A stretch of 64,000 bases of DNA from Eledone cirrhosa (GCA_964016885.1 OZ024743.1:64480001-64544000); one strand, 5' to 3'; shown: positions 30,546-48,014, numbered from the stretch's first letter. Made by a program: numbers and translations. Notes: generated from the sequence alone by a model not told the origin.

Positions 30546-31150
30546 CAGGTCACCAGTTGGTGCTACTGGTAACATGTATCCCAGTACAACCTGTCTCATG
30601 GTCGGGTCGTTGGCGACTAAACTGGCAACCCCACCAAGGTTTCTTGCCGAGGAGGGTGACTTTGGACATCCTGCAGGACTAAAAACAAAACCTGTCAAAG
30701 GGCAAAGGAGCTCTTAAGAGTCAATGGCCATCCAAAATCACCGGGAGAGATGACCCCTTAGCCTTTGTCAAGGCAGAATTCTAGGAGAAGGAAAACTCTG
30801 ATATAACACCTGCAACTCTGATGGTATCCAATGATGTTGACTTGTTCTTCTTTTTGGTAAATATCATCTTGGTTAAGAGAGTGGGACTGGCTTTGTGCAG
30901 TGCCTTTGCTCACTATAAAAGCTTCACGGCACAGGCATTGCTTTATATCTGGAGATCTCTCTGCACTTGTCGTCATTGGTACCATGGGCCCAACACTATG
31001 TGTCAATAATTGTCACAAGTGTAGTGTTTGTACCAGAGTTTTCAAGTCGCTGGCTGGACTAAAAAGTCACACTCGTTCAGCGCATCAGTAGGGGTTCTCC
31101 TACATGGATATAAAGTAGTGGCCGTACTCGAAAACGAGTTGGCAGCCACC
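30546..31150 (+). mobile_element. Non-autonomous RTE-derived element (5' region joined to an RTE 3' end) in (TATG)n
   Basis: Ends with CSVCTRVFKSLAGLKSHTRSAH followed by a short UTR with hairpin ctcg-aaaa-cgag; (ATGT)n on both sides. Confidence 0.6.
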
Positions 31151-31418
31151 ATGTATGTATGTATGTATTAATATGTATGTATGTATTTGTGCGTGCATGT
31201 GTGCGTACGTATATATATATACATGTGTGTGTATATATCGTTACCAAGGTTACCAAACGGTTTGTCTTGTTTACTCTCTTTATTTTCGTTTTTTTTTTTT
31301 TTTACTTTTCTGTATCTATCCTTTGTGATCCTGTCCCTATTTTTGTACTCCTGAAGAAGGTCTAAAGCCCGACACGTCAAACTTTCTTTCCCCTTTTCCA
31401 TATAAAGCGTGAAACTGA

Positions 31419-31498
<80 letters not shown>

Positions 31499-31672
31499 CA
31501 TTAACAGAGAGAGCTCTAAGCAATACTCCGACCGACTTCCGCCTCACTCAACAAACATTAGGATATACCTTAGTATAATCCCAATTATACGTTTGGGGTG
31601 CTAACTATACGTATTTTGCGGATAGCCAGTTGTATTATTTTATATGAGACATAATTAAAATACATCTCTCTT

Positions 31673-31794
31673 TCCAAACGATCGTTTCATTATAAGTTTT
31701 CTACAAATTGGGAAAATAATGTCCAGGTTATGTAGAAGCCTACACATAGTCCGTAGGAATATATGTAGGTGAGCACTTATAAATCATCAGTGGA
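31673..31794 (-). ncRNA. Type-I hammerhead ribozyme fold with large stem II insert
   Basis: Minus strand: tcca-CTGATGA-t-ttataag...cttataa-t-GAAAC-GATC-GTT-tgga; stems I, II and III all pair. Confidence 0.72.
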
Positions 31795-31955
31795 TGCCCG
31801 ACAAATATCGATATAAAAAAAACCTTACCGATATTAATGTTCAGCGATGGTACTCTTCCGTGCTAGAATGACTGCCAATATATATATATATATAAGCAAG
31901 TATTGCACCAAGAAAAATATAAACGTCGGCGTGAAGGAGATTAGGAATCTATTTA

Positions 31956-32064
31956 CTTTAACATATGTTTCCATGTCTATTATAATCGTCTACATATGCT
32001 GACTATAACATATATTGTTCAATCATATGTAATACTTAATTATTTATCACACTTCATCAGAAAG
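31956..32064 (-). ncRNA. Type-I hammerhead ribozyme fold
   Basis: Minus strand: cttt-CTGATGA-agtgt...acatg-GAAAC-ATAT-GTT-aaag; stem II imperfect. Confidence 0.55.
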
Positions 32065-32361
32065 CCTATTGCAGTGAAAGTGACTATTCACTAAGCGGTA
32101 GAATTCAGCAATGGGATTTTCGTTTAAGAAAATGTAAATAAGTTAAAATGACAATAAAAATAGAATGAAATACAGTCAGTATATATAGTAATTTAGTATA
32201 GTAATATAGTAATTTGCTTGAAGCATTGTGTATAGTATATAATATAGAAAGTGATATATATTCGATGCTCTAAGACAATGGAAAATAAACGGTAGAGTGA
32301 AGACAAAGAAAAAGTTAGTTTCTCTGGTTTATGTTATTATTATCTTTTATTTTTCTTTCTC

Positions 32362-32400
32362 CCTAATATTTCGGAATTAAAATTCCGTTCGTCAGACTAT
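32362..32400 (-). ncRNA. Minimal hammerhead-like motif
   Basis: Minus strand: CTGACGA-ac-ggaatt-tt-aattcc-GAAA-TA-TTA (palindromic stem III); stem I not evident. Confidence 0.5.
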
Positions 32401-32506
32401 GGGGAACTCTCAGAGCAAAACGTTCCGGTCTATTCGCTTTGAAATTTCATTTTACCGTCCATTTTCCATTGTCTTAGTTTTCTTATATACATATATCTTT
32501 CTACAT

Positions 32507-33835
<1,329 letters not shown>

Positions 33836-34876
33836 TATATATATATATTGTTATACTTGGGGAGGGTCATATTTGTGTAATATTTCCAGAATTAACAACA
33901 GAACACTCTCACTGTTTGGTTGGCAATGAAAGAACTTTGATAAACTATATATATGTGTTTGTGTCTATATTGTATCTGCATGATTTTTTACCGTTGGTCA
34001 GTCAATGGCAACATTGAGGACCGAATAAATTAGATTACCGATATAAAAGACACAGAAGCGAAAAGCGAAAACCAACCAAACAGTGAGTGTGTTCTGTTAT
34101 TAATTCTGGCAATATTACACAAATATGACCCTCCCCAAGTATAACAATATTTGTTTCGACACACGATTTCATATAAAAAACCTCGCAAAATTAATTCATC
34201 GCCGTTATATATATATATATATGTATATATATATAACGAATAAAGTGTGATAAGGAACCAGGTGTACCATAACGCACCAGAGTACTCGATACTTTGGGTA
34301 GTAGAGTGGGTAATAGGAAAATAGTCAGGACCCCGACGGCAGAGCTCAAGCCGTTTCGACGGCTATTTCTGGACTAGGACACCTCGTTTTTTTTTTTCAT
34401 TTTGTAAAAAAAACCTCAATTTCTAATATATATATATAAGGATGGATTCAGTTTGAAATTGGTTAGACCATTACTCACCAGAGTACTCGATATTTGGCGG
34501 GTAGTCGAATATGGTTATATGAAAGAGTCGGGACCCCGATGGATGAGCTCTTGCTGTTTCAACAGCTGTTGAAACGGCAAGAATTCAGTCGTCGGGGTCC
34601 CGACTCTTATATATATATAGGTGTGTGTGTTTGTTGGTTCTGAGGATGATGACGTGATGGATCAGGGATTTCGAGACTAGAAATAGGTGGTGACATAAAT
34701 ACTATCTGCTAGTCAACATATCGATCTACCACGATCAATTAACCATCTGAACCGATCGTAAACAATGAACTAGTTAAGAGCCTATCTCCGACTTTTGTTT
34801 TATTTTCATTGTTCAACTCACACACACACAGAGTCTTCCTCAACCCCCACCCCCATACATACATACACATACATAA

Positions 34877-34932
<56 letters not shown>

Positions 34933-35409
34933 TGGCTAACTGATCCACAATTTTCAAGTTAGTTGAAAGAAATAAAGAACAATAGCAATAAAGTTTTATA
35001 TAAAGTGCGTCATGTTGACATCCGAGCTCGCAATTCCCATATAATAAAACATACTTTTTTTTAACTAAATACAAATAACTCTTTTATAAACTCGAATCTA
35101 AAATATACAACCTGAACAGTTTTTTTTCTAATAGCAAAATAACAAAATTAGAACTACATTTAGCAACAGTTGAAGCTCGTCATATAAGTATTTGCAACGT
35201 TGGTCGTTTATAGTGAATTTATTTTAAAATGGAATTCCTTCCTTATACATTGTAGCTAATCTGAAACTGCATGGAACAAATTCACAGCACGTAGAAAATG
35301 CTATAGTTCCATTCTAACTGAAAACATGTAATAGTTAGTTTTAGTTATCTTTGATTGTGAACAAGTTAACTGTGTTATTGCTTATGAAAAGTATATATGT
35401 ATATGTGTC

Positions 35410-35767
35410 ACTCTCGGGTCCCAAATAATAGGGGTTGGATAAGCGGGGGAGATTGGAAAATCAGTAATTTTTCTAGGTTGACTCCGTTGGGGGGCTGGGT
35501 TAAACGAGAATTAGTCGTTTAGTTTACATACTGAGACCCATCCCATCCTATTTATTTTATAACTTATAGGATTTCTTGTATTGTCCTTTTTTTTTTTTGT
35601 CATGTATAATGTTTTTTTAAAGAAAATTAATTGTCGCAGGTATGCTACCACTTAAAATAAAATTTTGCCGGAAATAGATTAGCAAAATTTAATAAGCGGT
35701 GAAGATTGGAAAACATCTGAAAAATTAATAAGCGGGGGTGGAGACGATGATTCGAGAACCGAGAGTA
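35410..35767. mobile_element. MITE with imperfect TIRs
   Basis: actctcgggtcccaaataat / attcgagaaccgagagta; partial second copy at 37495-37686 and inverted pieces at 37810-37925. Confidence 0.55.
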
Positions 35768-35934
35768 TGTATGTTAGATATTACAATGAACGACAAAATA
35801 CTATCACAGGTTTTTAGGGTTAATTCCTGTTCCCAAATCTATTGTATGAAACCGTGGAAATTTTCTTGAATGATATAGAAATAAATATTGATTTCTAATT
35901 TAGGCACAAGCCAACATATGGAGATTAATGTAAA

Positions 35935-36115
35935 ATAATTGTTTCTACGTTTGGCACAAGGCCAGCAATTACCAGTGTATTACTGGTACTTTATTTTATC
36001 GACCCCGTAAGGATGAAAGGAAAAGTCAACCTCGGCGGGATTTGAACTCAGATCGTAAAGGGACGTAACTATGCTGGAAAGCATGGCGTCCGACCCTCTA
36101 CCGATACTGCCAATC
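35935..36115 (-). mobile_element. SINE family A copy
   Basis: Reverse complement of the full consensus. Confidence 0.85.
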
Positions 36116-36134
36116 AAAATAATGTTTTGTTATT

Positions 36135-36420
36135 GCGTGTCCTAGTGGTGAGAGTGTCGGACTTGTGATCATAATGTCGTGGGTTCAACTCCTGGACTGG
36201 GTTGTGTATTGTGTTCTTGAGCAAAAGCACTTCATTTACGTTGCTCTAGTATACTCAGCTGAAAATGAGTACCAACAATAGCTCGGGGTTTAACCCTACG
36301 ATGGACTAGCGTCCTGTCCAGGGGGAAGCCTTGCACTCTCAGTTGCTTCACGCCACGAAAGTGATAAGCACTGGCCTGACGAACCTCCTAGCTTGAAACA
36401 GACTTCAGACTAGACAAGAG
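36135..36420 (+). mobile_element. tRNA-derived SINE family B copy
   Basis: Collinear with 527-808; partial copies also at 5960-6075(-), 20975-21080(+), 22295-22335(-), 63045-63170(-). Confidence 0.8.
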
Positions 36421-37079
36421 ACTAGACACTATGGCAATACACAGCTTCATACATTCGTAGCGTCAATAATTCTCTCTGTATGTTAATGAAATTAAATAAT
36501 CCAAACTTGATTCCCATAATGTATATTTAACATGTCCCTTAGGCAGCTGAAAAATTACCTTCTCACACCGACTATCTGTTAAAGGAGATTTACGAGTAGT
36601 TACACACTCACACACACAGCGAGACAAACATACACACATATACGCATACACTCTCCCACACATACTATCTCACACACACACTCTCATACATACACACTCT
36701 CTCACACACACTCACACACACACACACACATATAGGCATACACTCTCGCACACACTATCTCACACACACACTCTCATACATACACACTCTCTCATACACA
36801 CACACTCACACACACTCACACACACACAGCGAGCATACACACATATAGGCATACACTCTCGCACACACTATCTCACACACACACTCACGCTCTCACACAC
36901 TCTCATACATACACACTCTCTCACACACACACACACTCTCATACATACACACTCTCTCACACACACTCACACACACTCTCATACATACACACTCTCCCAC
37001 ACACACGCACAAGCACACACATATATTATTTTTTACTGCTTAATGACAGGGAAGAACAGCGTATATGAGCGTATTAATA

Positions 37080-37486
37080 CGCATAGAGTTACGGCCCTTG
37101 CCATTCTGAGTTCAAATCCCACCGAGGTTAACTTTGCCTTTCATCCTTACGGGGTCGATAAAATAAAGTACCAGTAATGTGCTGGGGCCGATTTAATCGA
37201 CTTCCCCCCCCCCCCAAAAAAAAAATTACTGGCCTAGTGCCTATACTAGAAATCATTATTTATGGGGCAGGAGATTGGCGGTATCGGTAGAGGGTCGGAC
37301 GCCATGCTTTGCAGCATAGAGTTATGGCCCTTTATGGTCTGAGTTCAAATCCCACCGAGGTTAGCTTTGCCTTTCATCATTAAGGAGTCGATAAATAAAG
37401 TACTAGTAATCTACTGTGGGCGCTTTAATCGACTTTCCCCTCACACCAAAATTGTTGGCCTTGTGCCTAAATCAGAAGTTATTATT
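37080..37486 (+). mobile_element. Two tandem SINE family A copies (longer-tail subfamily)
   Basis: Consensus body plus the ggggccgatttaatcgact insert; two more diverged copies at 38150-38555. Confidence 0.8.
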
Positions 37487-39170
37487 AATGTACTTTTTGG
37501 TCATGTATAATGTTTTTTAAAGCCCAAAGAAAATTAATTGTCGCAGGAATGCTACCACTTAAAATATAATTAGATTAGTAAAATTTAATAAGCGTGGGTG
37601 GAATTAGAGCTGAGGAGTTGGAAACAATCTGAAAAATTAATAAGCAGGGCGTGGGCGGAGGGCTATTATTCGAGACCCCAGAATACCTATTATAGTATAC
37701 TTACTCTTTTTAGACATTACATTAAATTTAGATACAAAAACTTAGCCATTACAACAAACTTAAAGTTTGTAGTAATGGCTAATTCTTTTCTATCTAAATT
37801 TAAAGTACTGTAATGTTTAAAAAATATTCTTTCTGCATTAAAAACATTATGCATGACAAAAACATTAAAAACATTATACATTGCAGAATATCTCATACGT
37901 TATCAATAAATAGGATGGGTTAGGGTTCCAATATTCTGGTTAATATTTTAGACATTGCTTTAAATTTTGATACAAAAAAAAATTAGCCATTACTATAAAC
38001 TTAATCAACACCTATTTATATATAACTAACGACTCTTATCACACACCATATGGTTTAGAAATTAAATTCTTAACATTAATTAACGCGTATCATCGTTATC
38101 TTCCTATGAACCTACGTCTATCAGTGCCTCTTGTTATAATGAAGCGTTAGGGCGGTGAATTGCCAGAATTGTTACTGCATCCAGTTACGACCATTAACGT
38201 TGTGAGTTCAAATGCCGCAGTGGATAGATTTGCCTTTCATCCTTACGTGGTCGATAAAATAAAGTACCTGTAACACACTGGCGCCGATTTAATCGACTTT
38301 CCTTTCCCTAAAATAGTTGACCTTATGCCTAAATCAGAAACCATTATTATAATGAAGCCGAGGGCGGTAAATTGGCTGAGTCGTTAGAGCGTCGGACAAA
38401 ATTGCGTAGCATATTTTTTCAAACTCTTTACGTTCAAATCAATCCGACGTCAACATAGCTTACCATGGCTTACTTTATTGATAAAATAAAGTACCAGTAA
38501 AAACTGGGGCCGATTTAATCGATTTTACCCTTCCCCTAAATTACTGGCCTTGTTGCCAGCGATTTAGGTGAAGGGGGAGAGTCACTATTATAACAAAGGT
38601 GTCCGTTATTGTGACTTCACGAAGAAAATAAAACGCCCACATATATTTAATGTTGCTAAGCTTATAAACGGACAACGGTTGTTTCTACAGGATAACCCAG
38701 TATATAGTTTAAATATAAGGACAAACACAGCTAAAGAGGTCTTTAATTTAATCTCCCTTCGTTTACAGACAAACCAAAAATACCGCAACAGAAATCTGAT
38801 TAAGTCACACTACATTTCCAGTAAGATATTTCCAAGTTCCATTAACAATCATAAAGCGAAATGATTTTGTAATTCAAATAATTTATTTTTTCCACCTATC
38901 TCTAAGTCTATTGATCGTCATAATTGTTGGTTGGGGGAAACTTCCTTCAGTAGACTGTGCCAAAATACACGTAGACAAACAATTCTAGACTAAAATCATA
39001 TATCGATTTAAATGTACGACTTTAAGGCTCGTTGTTACCAGCACTGGCATTATTTTTATTTTAAACTCGAACAGGAAAATTATGACAGCCTTGTTTAAGT
39101 ATAATTGGTTTTTGAGAAGAACACGACCGCCATACTTGCAAAATCATTTGATTTGTGCTATATGTTTCAT

Positions 39171-39237
<67 letters not shown>

Positions 39238-39983
39238 ATTATAAATGAAACATATCTTTCTATATATATATAGAGAGAGAGGAGGGAAGAGAGAGAGAGA
39301 GAGTCTGCGGTGCTGAGACCGAGGAGTCCACTAATCGTGGGAAGATAAGAGTTCGTATAGAGCTATGTAAAGTACCATCGGCGGCACCAAGTGGTTGAGA
39401 TTTTACATCTCTGTCTCTCTCTATATATATGTATATACCCTTTAAATTTTATATACTCCCGTAAGGCTGAGTAAAACTTTAGGCAGTATTCGGCTGCGCT
39501 TTCTAGCAACCTGCCTACTCGCCGACAAGCACCAATCACAAACTTTCTGCCTTGACCACTAGCCACGTGATGATTCTTAGCCATTTTGAATTCGTTCCTG
39601 GCGGGGATCATGTAAGAAAAATTTTTGTCCAATTGAGTTTATCTCCTGATGATTTCCAACCTCGTTGGAATGAAACCGTCTGGGGTAGAGATATTTTGAT
39701 GATTTTGGTAGGTTTATGTACATTTTTTCTTCTAACTTTGATTTTGTACCTAAGTATGTATGGTCAACTATATGTCTAGTCAATTTCTACAGGCTATCAG
39801 AAATACTAGGTAAATTTTCTGTAGCTATGAGTCGCGGATAAAAAGCTATATCATTTATCTATTGTTTCTTCATAAGTATATTTTAAACCTATAGCCTCGT
39901 TTAAATTATTTTTTGTGTGGTTGATTTATGCTGATTAGGAGAAGAAATACTGTATATATTTTATCTAATGATTCTATGGACTT

Positions 39984-40086
<103 letters not shown>

Positions 40087-40486
40087 CAAGAAAGAAGAGT
40101 GACATGGTTCGCTATACAATAAGGGCTTTATTCACATTGCTGACAATTGTTTCTTTGATCTGGTAGGTCTAGAGTTCGCTATCCGCCTGATTATGCCCAA
40201 TCGATCTCCAATACTTTGTTTATAACCAGTCGTTTTCATCAGAGCAGGCGAAGAATCAAAGAAACTATTGTCAGCAATGTGAATAAAGCCCTATTGTATA
40301 GCGAACCATGTCACTCTTCTTTCTTGAATTATCATTACTCCAAGTATAAACTACATAGAAATCACCGCGAACTCGCAGCATCACTATGGAAACGTCTTGT
40401 TGAGTCAAACTAAGCCACACGTTAATACTATCCACTACAAGAACTACTCCAACTGGACTACATCTAAGTGGATTGCCTATAACGAT

Positions 40487-41209
<723 letters not shown>

Positions 41210-41400
41210 AATTGGCAGTATAAGTAGAGATTCGGACGCCATGCTTTGCAGCATAGAGTTACGGCCCTTTATGATCTGAGTTCAAATCCCGCCGAGGTTA
41301 ACTTTGCCTTTCATCCTTACGGGTTCGATAAAATAAAGTACCAGTAATGCACTGGATAATTGCTGGCCTTGTGCCAAAAGTAGAAACAATTATTATTACT
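41210..41400 (+). mobile_element. SINE family A copy
   Basis: Full consensus match. Confidence 0.85.
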
Positions 41401-42067
41401 ATTGTTGTTGTTACTGTTATCATTATTATTTATAGAAAGAGGTAAATATATATTTATGTGGAATCTTGTAAAAAAAAATCTTGTAAAAAAAAAACTTTAC
41501 TTAAATTTTCATTAGAAAAATACAGACACTAAGCTTAAAAACCAATGAAACATATTTTATAGCAATTCAATTGCTACTCAGCATTAATACATTACATAAA
41601 TAGAGCCCGCCCCAGCTCAGACCTACATGAAACTTTAAGTAACATTTTTAGACAAGATTGTACGTAAATATACAATATGTAATTCTATTTTAATATTTTT
41701 GTGTCTCATTCTATCATGTGACACATGTTCAAACACAGTGTGTGTGGTTGCATGTGTGTGTGCGTACGTATGCGTGTATGTGTGTGTGCATGTGCGTGTA
41801 TGTGTGTGTGTGTCAGTGAATGTGTGTGTGTATGTGTATGTGTGTGTATGTGTGTGACTGTTTGCTCATATATATGTATATATGTTTAATATAACGCCGC
41901 TATTTTGAAAAAGTGGTCTGAATCAAAATTGTAACAGAGCTGTTCAGTAAAACGTAAAATAAGTACTGGGGTGATAAGGATTGACAAAAACACCCACAGG
42001 GGTAGTGCCCCAGTATGACCGCCGTCCATTGATTAAACTAGTAAAACAGTGATACATACATTCATAT

Positions 42068-42098
<31 letters not shown>

Positions 42099-42729
42099 CA
42101 AACACATACACACACATATACTTACATACAACATGCATACATATATACACATACATATATATACATATGTACATACTTATATATATATATATATATACAA
42201 ACACATAGACATACACATACACATATACACACATATCTACCTACATACATACTTGCATACATACATACACATTCATGCACAGATACATATATAAATACAC
42301 ATACATACATACATACATACATACATACATACATACATACATACATACATACATACAAACACACACATATACATGCATACATACATACTTACATAAACAT
42401 ACACACACACACAAATAAAACCAGACACAACAACAACAGCAACAACAACTAAAAAAATTATTTCAAAGAAAAAAAAGTATATAAGGAAATTGGCAGCCGA
42501 GAAAGTGAGAAAGCATCCGGTAAGTGTTGTGTGTTATTTCTTGTAATTTTATAAGCTTTACTCTCGCTCTCTCAATATAAACTGTTTATCCCAAAATGGA
42601 GGACGGCAGAATGTTGGAGAAGCGTCTCATTTGCCTTTAACAGTCGTCGTTTAATCTTGAGAGTGTCATAGCACGTGGGAAACATCAGTGACGAAAGAAG
42701 TTCCTACGACGACCCATTCTCTTCCCACA

Positions 42730-42854
<125 letters not shown>

Positions 42855-43639
42855 ACTACACACTTCCACCCGCCCGACCCCCAGCACTATTTTTTCCGTC
42901 TCATACCCCCCTCCCCACGTTCACTTTATTCGCCCTTCGCCCGATTTTTCTTCTTCATCGCTTTTTTCTTTCTTCTTCTCTGTTACTTTCTCCACTTCTC
43001 TTTTTTCTCCCCATTCTCTTTCTCTCTCTTTCTCTCCTCTATCCCTTTCTTCAATCCTCTTTCTCTATCTCTATCTCTAACTCTCTCTCACGCACGCACG
43101 CACACACACACTGCCTACTCCCGCTTCATGAATTCTTCCTAACTGTTTCTCCCAGTCTCTATTTTTCTTTTTCATTCACTCTCTCCCCCTCTCCCTCTCT
43201 CCCTCTCTCCATTTCTCTCTCTTTTCTCCACTCCCCACTCACACACACACATTAATGTAGGCATTGTCTTAGTTGCCATTTCTCTTGTTATAAACCATTT
43301 CACGACAAAACTGTTATTTCATAGACAGAGATGTTGAGAAAGTGTTAGGACCAAAATCAATAAAAAGGGATGCATTCCTTCCAAATTTGTGGAGGAAAAC
43401 TACAGTTCGGGGACATGAAGAGGACACCAGAGGTCTGGACAGAGGCCGCCAGGAAATGGTAACGAACAGTCAAGTCTCGGTATTTGGAGGGCTTATAAAC
43501 ATTTCAAAGAAATTAGATCAACCAACACCCAAAGACCCCACCCATCCATCTACCGCAAAACACACACACACTCATGCACTTGCGGGGACCTATGTTTGTC
43601 GACCTCCTTATGGTGAGCCCTGGAAACTGAATACTAATT

Positions 43640-43946
43640 ACTGATTACTGATCTCTGATCACTGATTTCTGATCACTGATCGCTGATCACTAATCTCTGA
43701 TCACTAATCTCTGATCAACGATCCCTGATCACCGATCTCTGATCATCGATCTCTAATCACTGATCTCTGATCTCTGATCTCTGATCTCTGATCACTCATC
43801 TCTGATGTCAGATCACTGATCTCTGATCTCTGATCACCGATCTCTGACCACCGATCTCTGACCACTGATCACCGACCACTGATCTCTGATCACTGATCTC
43901 TGGTCTCTGATCACTGATCTCTGATTTCTGATCCCTGATCTCGATC
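43640..43946. repeat. 7/14-bp satellite (CTGATCA/CTGATCT)n
   Basis: Direct reading. Confidence 0.9.
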
Positions 43947-44231
43947 AGGCGAAACACAACAACCTGAGATCAACTCATTCGCAAGACGACATACACTTGC
44001 ATACAATTATAACTAAAAAAAAAGACTACTCTCAGGTCTCAAATAATGCCCTCCACCTGCTAATGAATCTTACAGATCCCCCCCCCCCCACACACACATA
44101 CACTCTACTACGCTTTTATTCCACCTCACCCTCTCACTCCAGCACCGCTTATTAACTGTTGCTAATCTATATCCGGCGAAACTTTATTTTAATTTTCTTT
44201 ATATATCAAAAAACATTATATATAACAAAAA

Positions 44232-45432
44232 AGGCGGCGAATTGGCAGTATCGGTAGAGGGTCGGACATGCTTTCCAGCGTAGTTACGTCCCTTTACAGT
44301 CTGAGTTCAAATCCCGCTGAGGTTAACTTTGCCTTTCATCCTTACGGGGTCGATAAAATAAAGTACCAGTAATGTACTGGGTAATTGCTGGCCTTGTGCC
44401 AAATTGTCCGACTCTCTACCGATACTGCCAATCCACCATAATATAATATAATATAATATATATTATATTATATTATATTATGCTGGATTGGCAGTATCGG
44501 TAGAGAGTCGGACACCATGCTTTGAAGCATAGAGTTACGTCCCTTTATGATCTGAGTTCAAATCCCGCCGAGGTTAACTTTGCTTTTCATCCTTACGGGG
44601 TCGATAAAATAAAGTACCAGTAATGTACTGAGTTATTGCTGGCCTTGTGCCTAAAGTAGAAACAATTATATTATATTTATCGGTAGAGGGTCGGACGTCA
44701 TGCTTTGACGCATAGAGTTACGGCCCTTTCCAAGTAGCAACAATTATATTATATTATATTATATTATATTATATTATATTATATTATATTGGCAGTATCG
44801 GTAGAGAGTCGGACGCCATGCTTTCCAGCATAGTTACGTCCCTTTACGATCTGAGTTCAAATCCTGCCGAGGTTGACTTTGCCTTTCATCCTTACGGGGT
44901 CGATAAAATAAAGTACCAGTAATGCACTGGGTATTTGCTGGCCTTGTGCCAAAAGTAGAAACAATTATATTATAATATATAATATTATATTGTATTATAT
45001 TAAAGGATGGTGGATTGGCAGTATCGGTAGAGAGTCGGACGCCATGCTTTGACGCATAGAGTTACGGCCCTTGCCATTCTGAGTTCAAATCCCGCCGAGG
45101 TTAACTTTGCCTTTCATCCTTACGGGGTCGATAAAATAAAGTACCAGTAATGTACTGGGTAATTGCTGGCCTTGTGCCAAATTGTCCGACTCTCTACCGA
45201 TACTGCCAATCCACCATAATATAATATAATATATATTATATTATGCTGGATTGGCAGTATCGGTAGAGAGTCGGACACCATGCTTTGAAGCATAGAGTTA
45301 GGTTCCTTTATGATCTGAGTTCAAATCCCGCCGAGGTTAACTTTGCTTTTCATCCTTACGGGGTCGATAAAATAAAGTACCAGTAATGTACTGAAATATT
45401 GCTGGCCTTGTGCCAAAAAGAAACACAATTAT
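44232..45432 (+). mobile_element. Array of five full SINE family A copies plus fragments in (TATAT)n spacers
   Basis: Heads at ~44232, 44484, 44789, 45007, 45246; partial at 44679; inverted head fragments at 44405-44435 and 45183-45213. Confidence 0.85.
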
Positions 45433-46349
45433 ATTATATTATTATGTATTCTATGTTATATTATATTATATTACATTATAAATTATTATATTATATTATA
45501 TTACATCATAATGTATTCTATGTTATATTATATTATATTATATTATATTATATTATATATTATATCATATATTATATTATATTATAGTATATTACATTAC
45601 ATTATATTATATTATATTATATTATATTATATTATATTATATTATATTATATTATATTATATTATATTATATTATATTGCATTATAAATTATTATATTAT
45701 ATTATATTATATTAAATAACAGAGGTACGTTCGCATTAAAAAATATTCTATGACTTTATGTTACGGCTCCCATATTTCCTATGAGGTTCCATCTGATAAA
45801 GCAAACATGGCTGCAATACTTGTTTCCAAAGAGGTTCAGAAGCGACCACGAAGAGAGAACATTCTTTCTTCGTTGGCTAGCGTCTATTGTTAGTTCTCAA
45901 CATGGGTGGCTAGTTTTGTTATGGCGCTGTTTAGAGGAGACATTACAACAAAAACAAAAAAAAACACAACAATATCCTTAACGAGACGGGTGATGGTAGT
46001 TACATGAATTAAGGAAGGGTATTATTTTATGATCCCCAGTTTGTCTTTATTTATTATAAACTCAGAGACATCGTTCATATACAATCCTAAATTTACGGTA
46101 TATATATATTATACACCAAAGTAAACCAGTTTGTCTACGTATATAAATGTGTTCGTATATATAATACATACATGGTCATATATTTAGAGATATATATACA
46201 CGTCGGCACACAAATATTTACACACACATATATACAGACATACATATACACTGATATATAAATATATATGTTTATGTAAATATTTATATGTATATATATA
46301 TATATGTACATATACATGTCTATGTGTGTATGTACACATTCGCGCACAC

Positions 46350-46430
<81 letters not shown>

Positions 46431-46432
<2 letters not shown>

Positions 46433-46636
46433 GGAAAATAGTTAGGACCCCGACGGCAGAGCTCAAGTGATTTCGACATTCGACAGAAATAGCTGCGTCC
46501 AGAAATAGCGGTCGAAATGGCTTGAGCTCTGCCGTCGAGGTCCTGACTCTTTTCTTATTTATATATATATATACCCAAAGTATCAACTACTCTGGTGCGT
46601 TATGGTACACCTGGTTCCTTACCACAGTTCCTTCGT

Positions 46637-46638
<2 letters not shown>
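46431..46638 (+). mobile_element. Family F1 copy
   Basis: Inverted head taggaaaatagttaggaccccgacggcagagctcaag, then a body ending ttccttcgtt(AT)n. Confidence 0.75.
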
Positions 46639-46716
<78 letters not shown>

Positions 46717-46754
46717 AAAAGATATGACCCCGACGGCAGAGCTCATATATAAAT

Positions 46755-46816
<62 letters not shown>

Positions 46817-46859
46817 ATTTATATATATATATATTTACATATAGGAGAGCTTCTACAGG

Positions 46860-46892
<33 letters not shown>

Positions 46893-47049
46893 TATGTATG
46901 TGCGTGTGTGAGTGTGTTGTTTTTGTTTTTGTGGAGCGAGAGACCCCTAGTCATCATCTAGACATCTCTCTAGGAGAAGGTCACCCTAATATAAAACCTG
47001 CGACAACGTTTGCATCTAATAATGTAGATCAATTGTTTTAGCGATGTTC

Positions 47050-47237
47050 AGAGAGTCAGATTAGCCCCGTATAGAGCCTTTCCTCACTTAAAAAAGCGTC
47101 AAGTACAGCCATTGCTTGATATGTGCCTGGTATTGCTGGTCATAGGCAAGTCCCTAGCAGGACTAAAAAGCCACGTCCGTGATGCTCATGCTTAAGTATC
47201 AAGCGACTTCATTACTCGAAATCGAATTGCAGCCATC
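47050..47237 (+). mobile_element. Degenerate RTE 3'-end fragment related to 31000-31150
   Basis: KSLAGLKSHVRDAH* followed by ctcgaaatcgaattgcagccatc, similar to the 3' end at 31050-31150. Confidence 0.55.
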
Positions 47238-47424
47238 ATATATATATATAAATATAAGTAAAATTTGTCAGCAACATACTTTACATCTTGATAAATAAGA
47301 TTACTAAAAGAACAAATTTAGAGAAGCTTATAAATATGGAAATAATATCTAAAATAAAAATACAGACTATCCAGCGGATAGATCCTTCGTAAAGTAATCT
47401 AAAATAGGAATATTTTAAATAAGG

Positions 47425-47464
<40 letters not shown>

Positions 47465-47540
47465 CCATCTTTCTTAATGTTATTCTTATATATATATATA
47501 TGTATATATATATGTATATGTATATATGCATATGTATATG

Positions 47541-47905
<365 letters not shown>

Positions 47906-48014
47906 TATACATATATATACATATATATATATACATATATATACATATATGTATATATATATATGTGTATATATATGTACATATACATATGTACATATAT
48001 ACATATATACATAA

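Noticed and set aside
30900-31091. Host C2H2 zinc-finger gene exon
   Set aside because: A single finger matching the RTE-type C-terminus, followed by a repeat tail, with a relative at 47.1 kb
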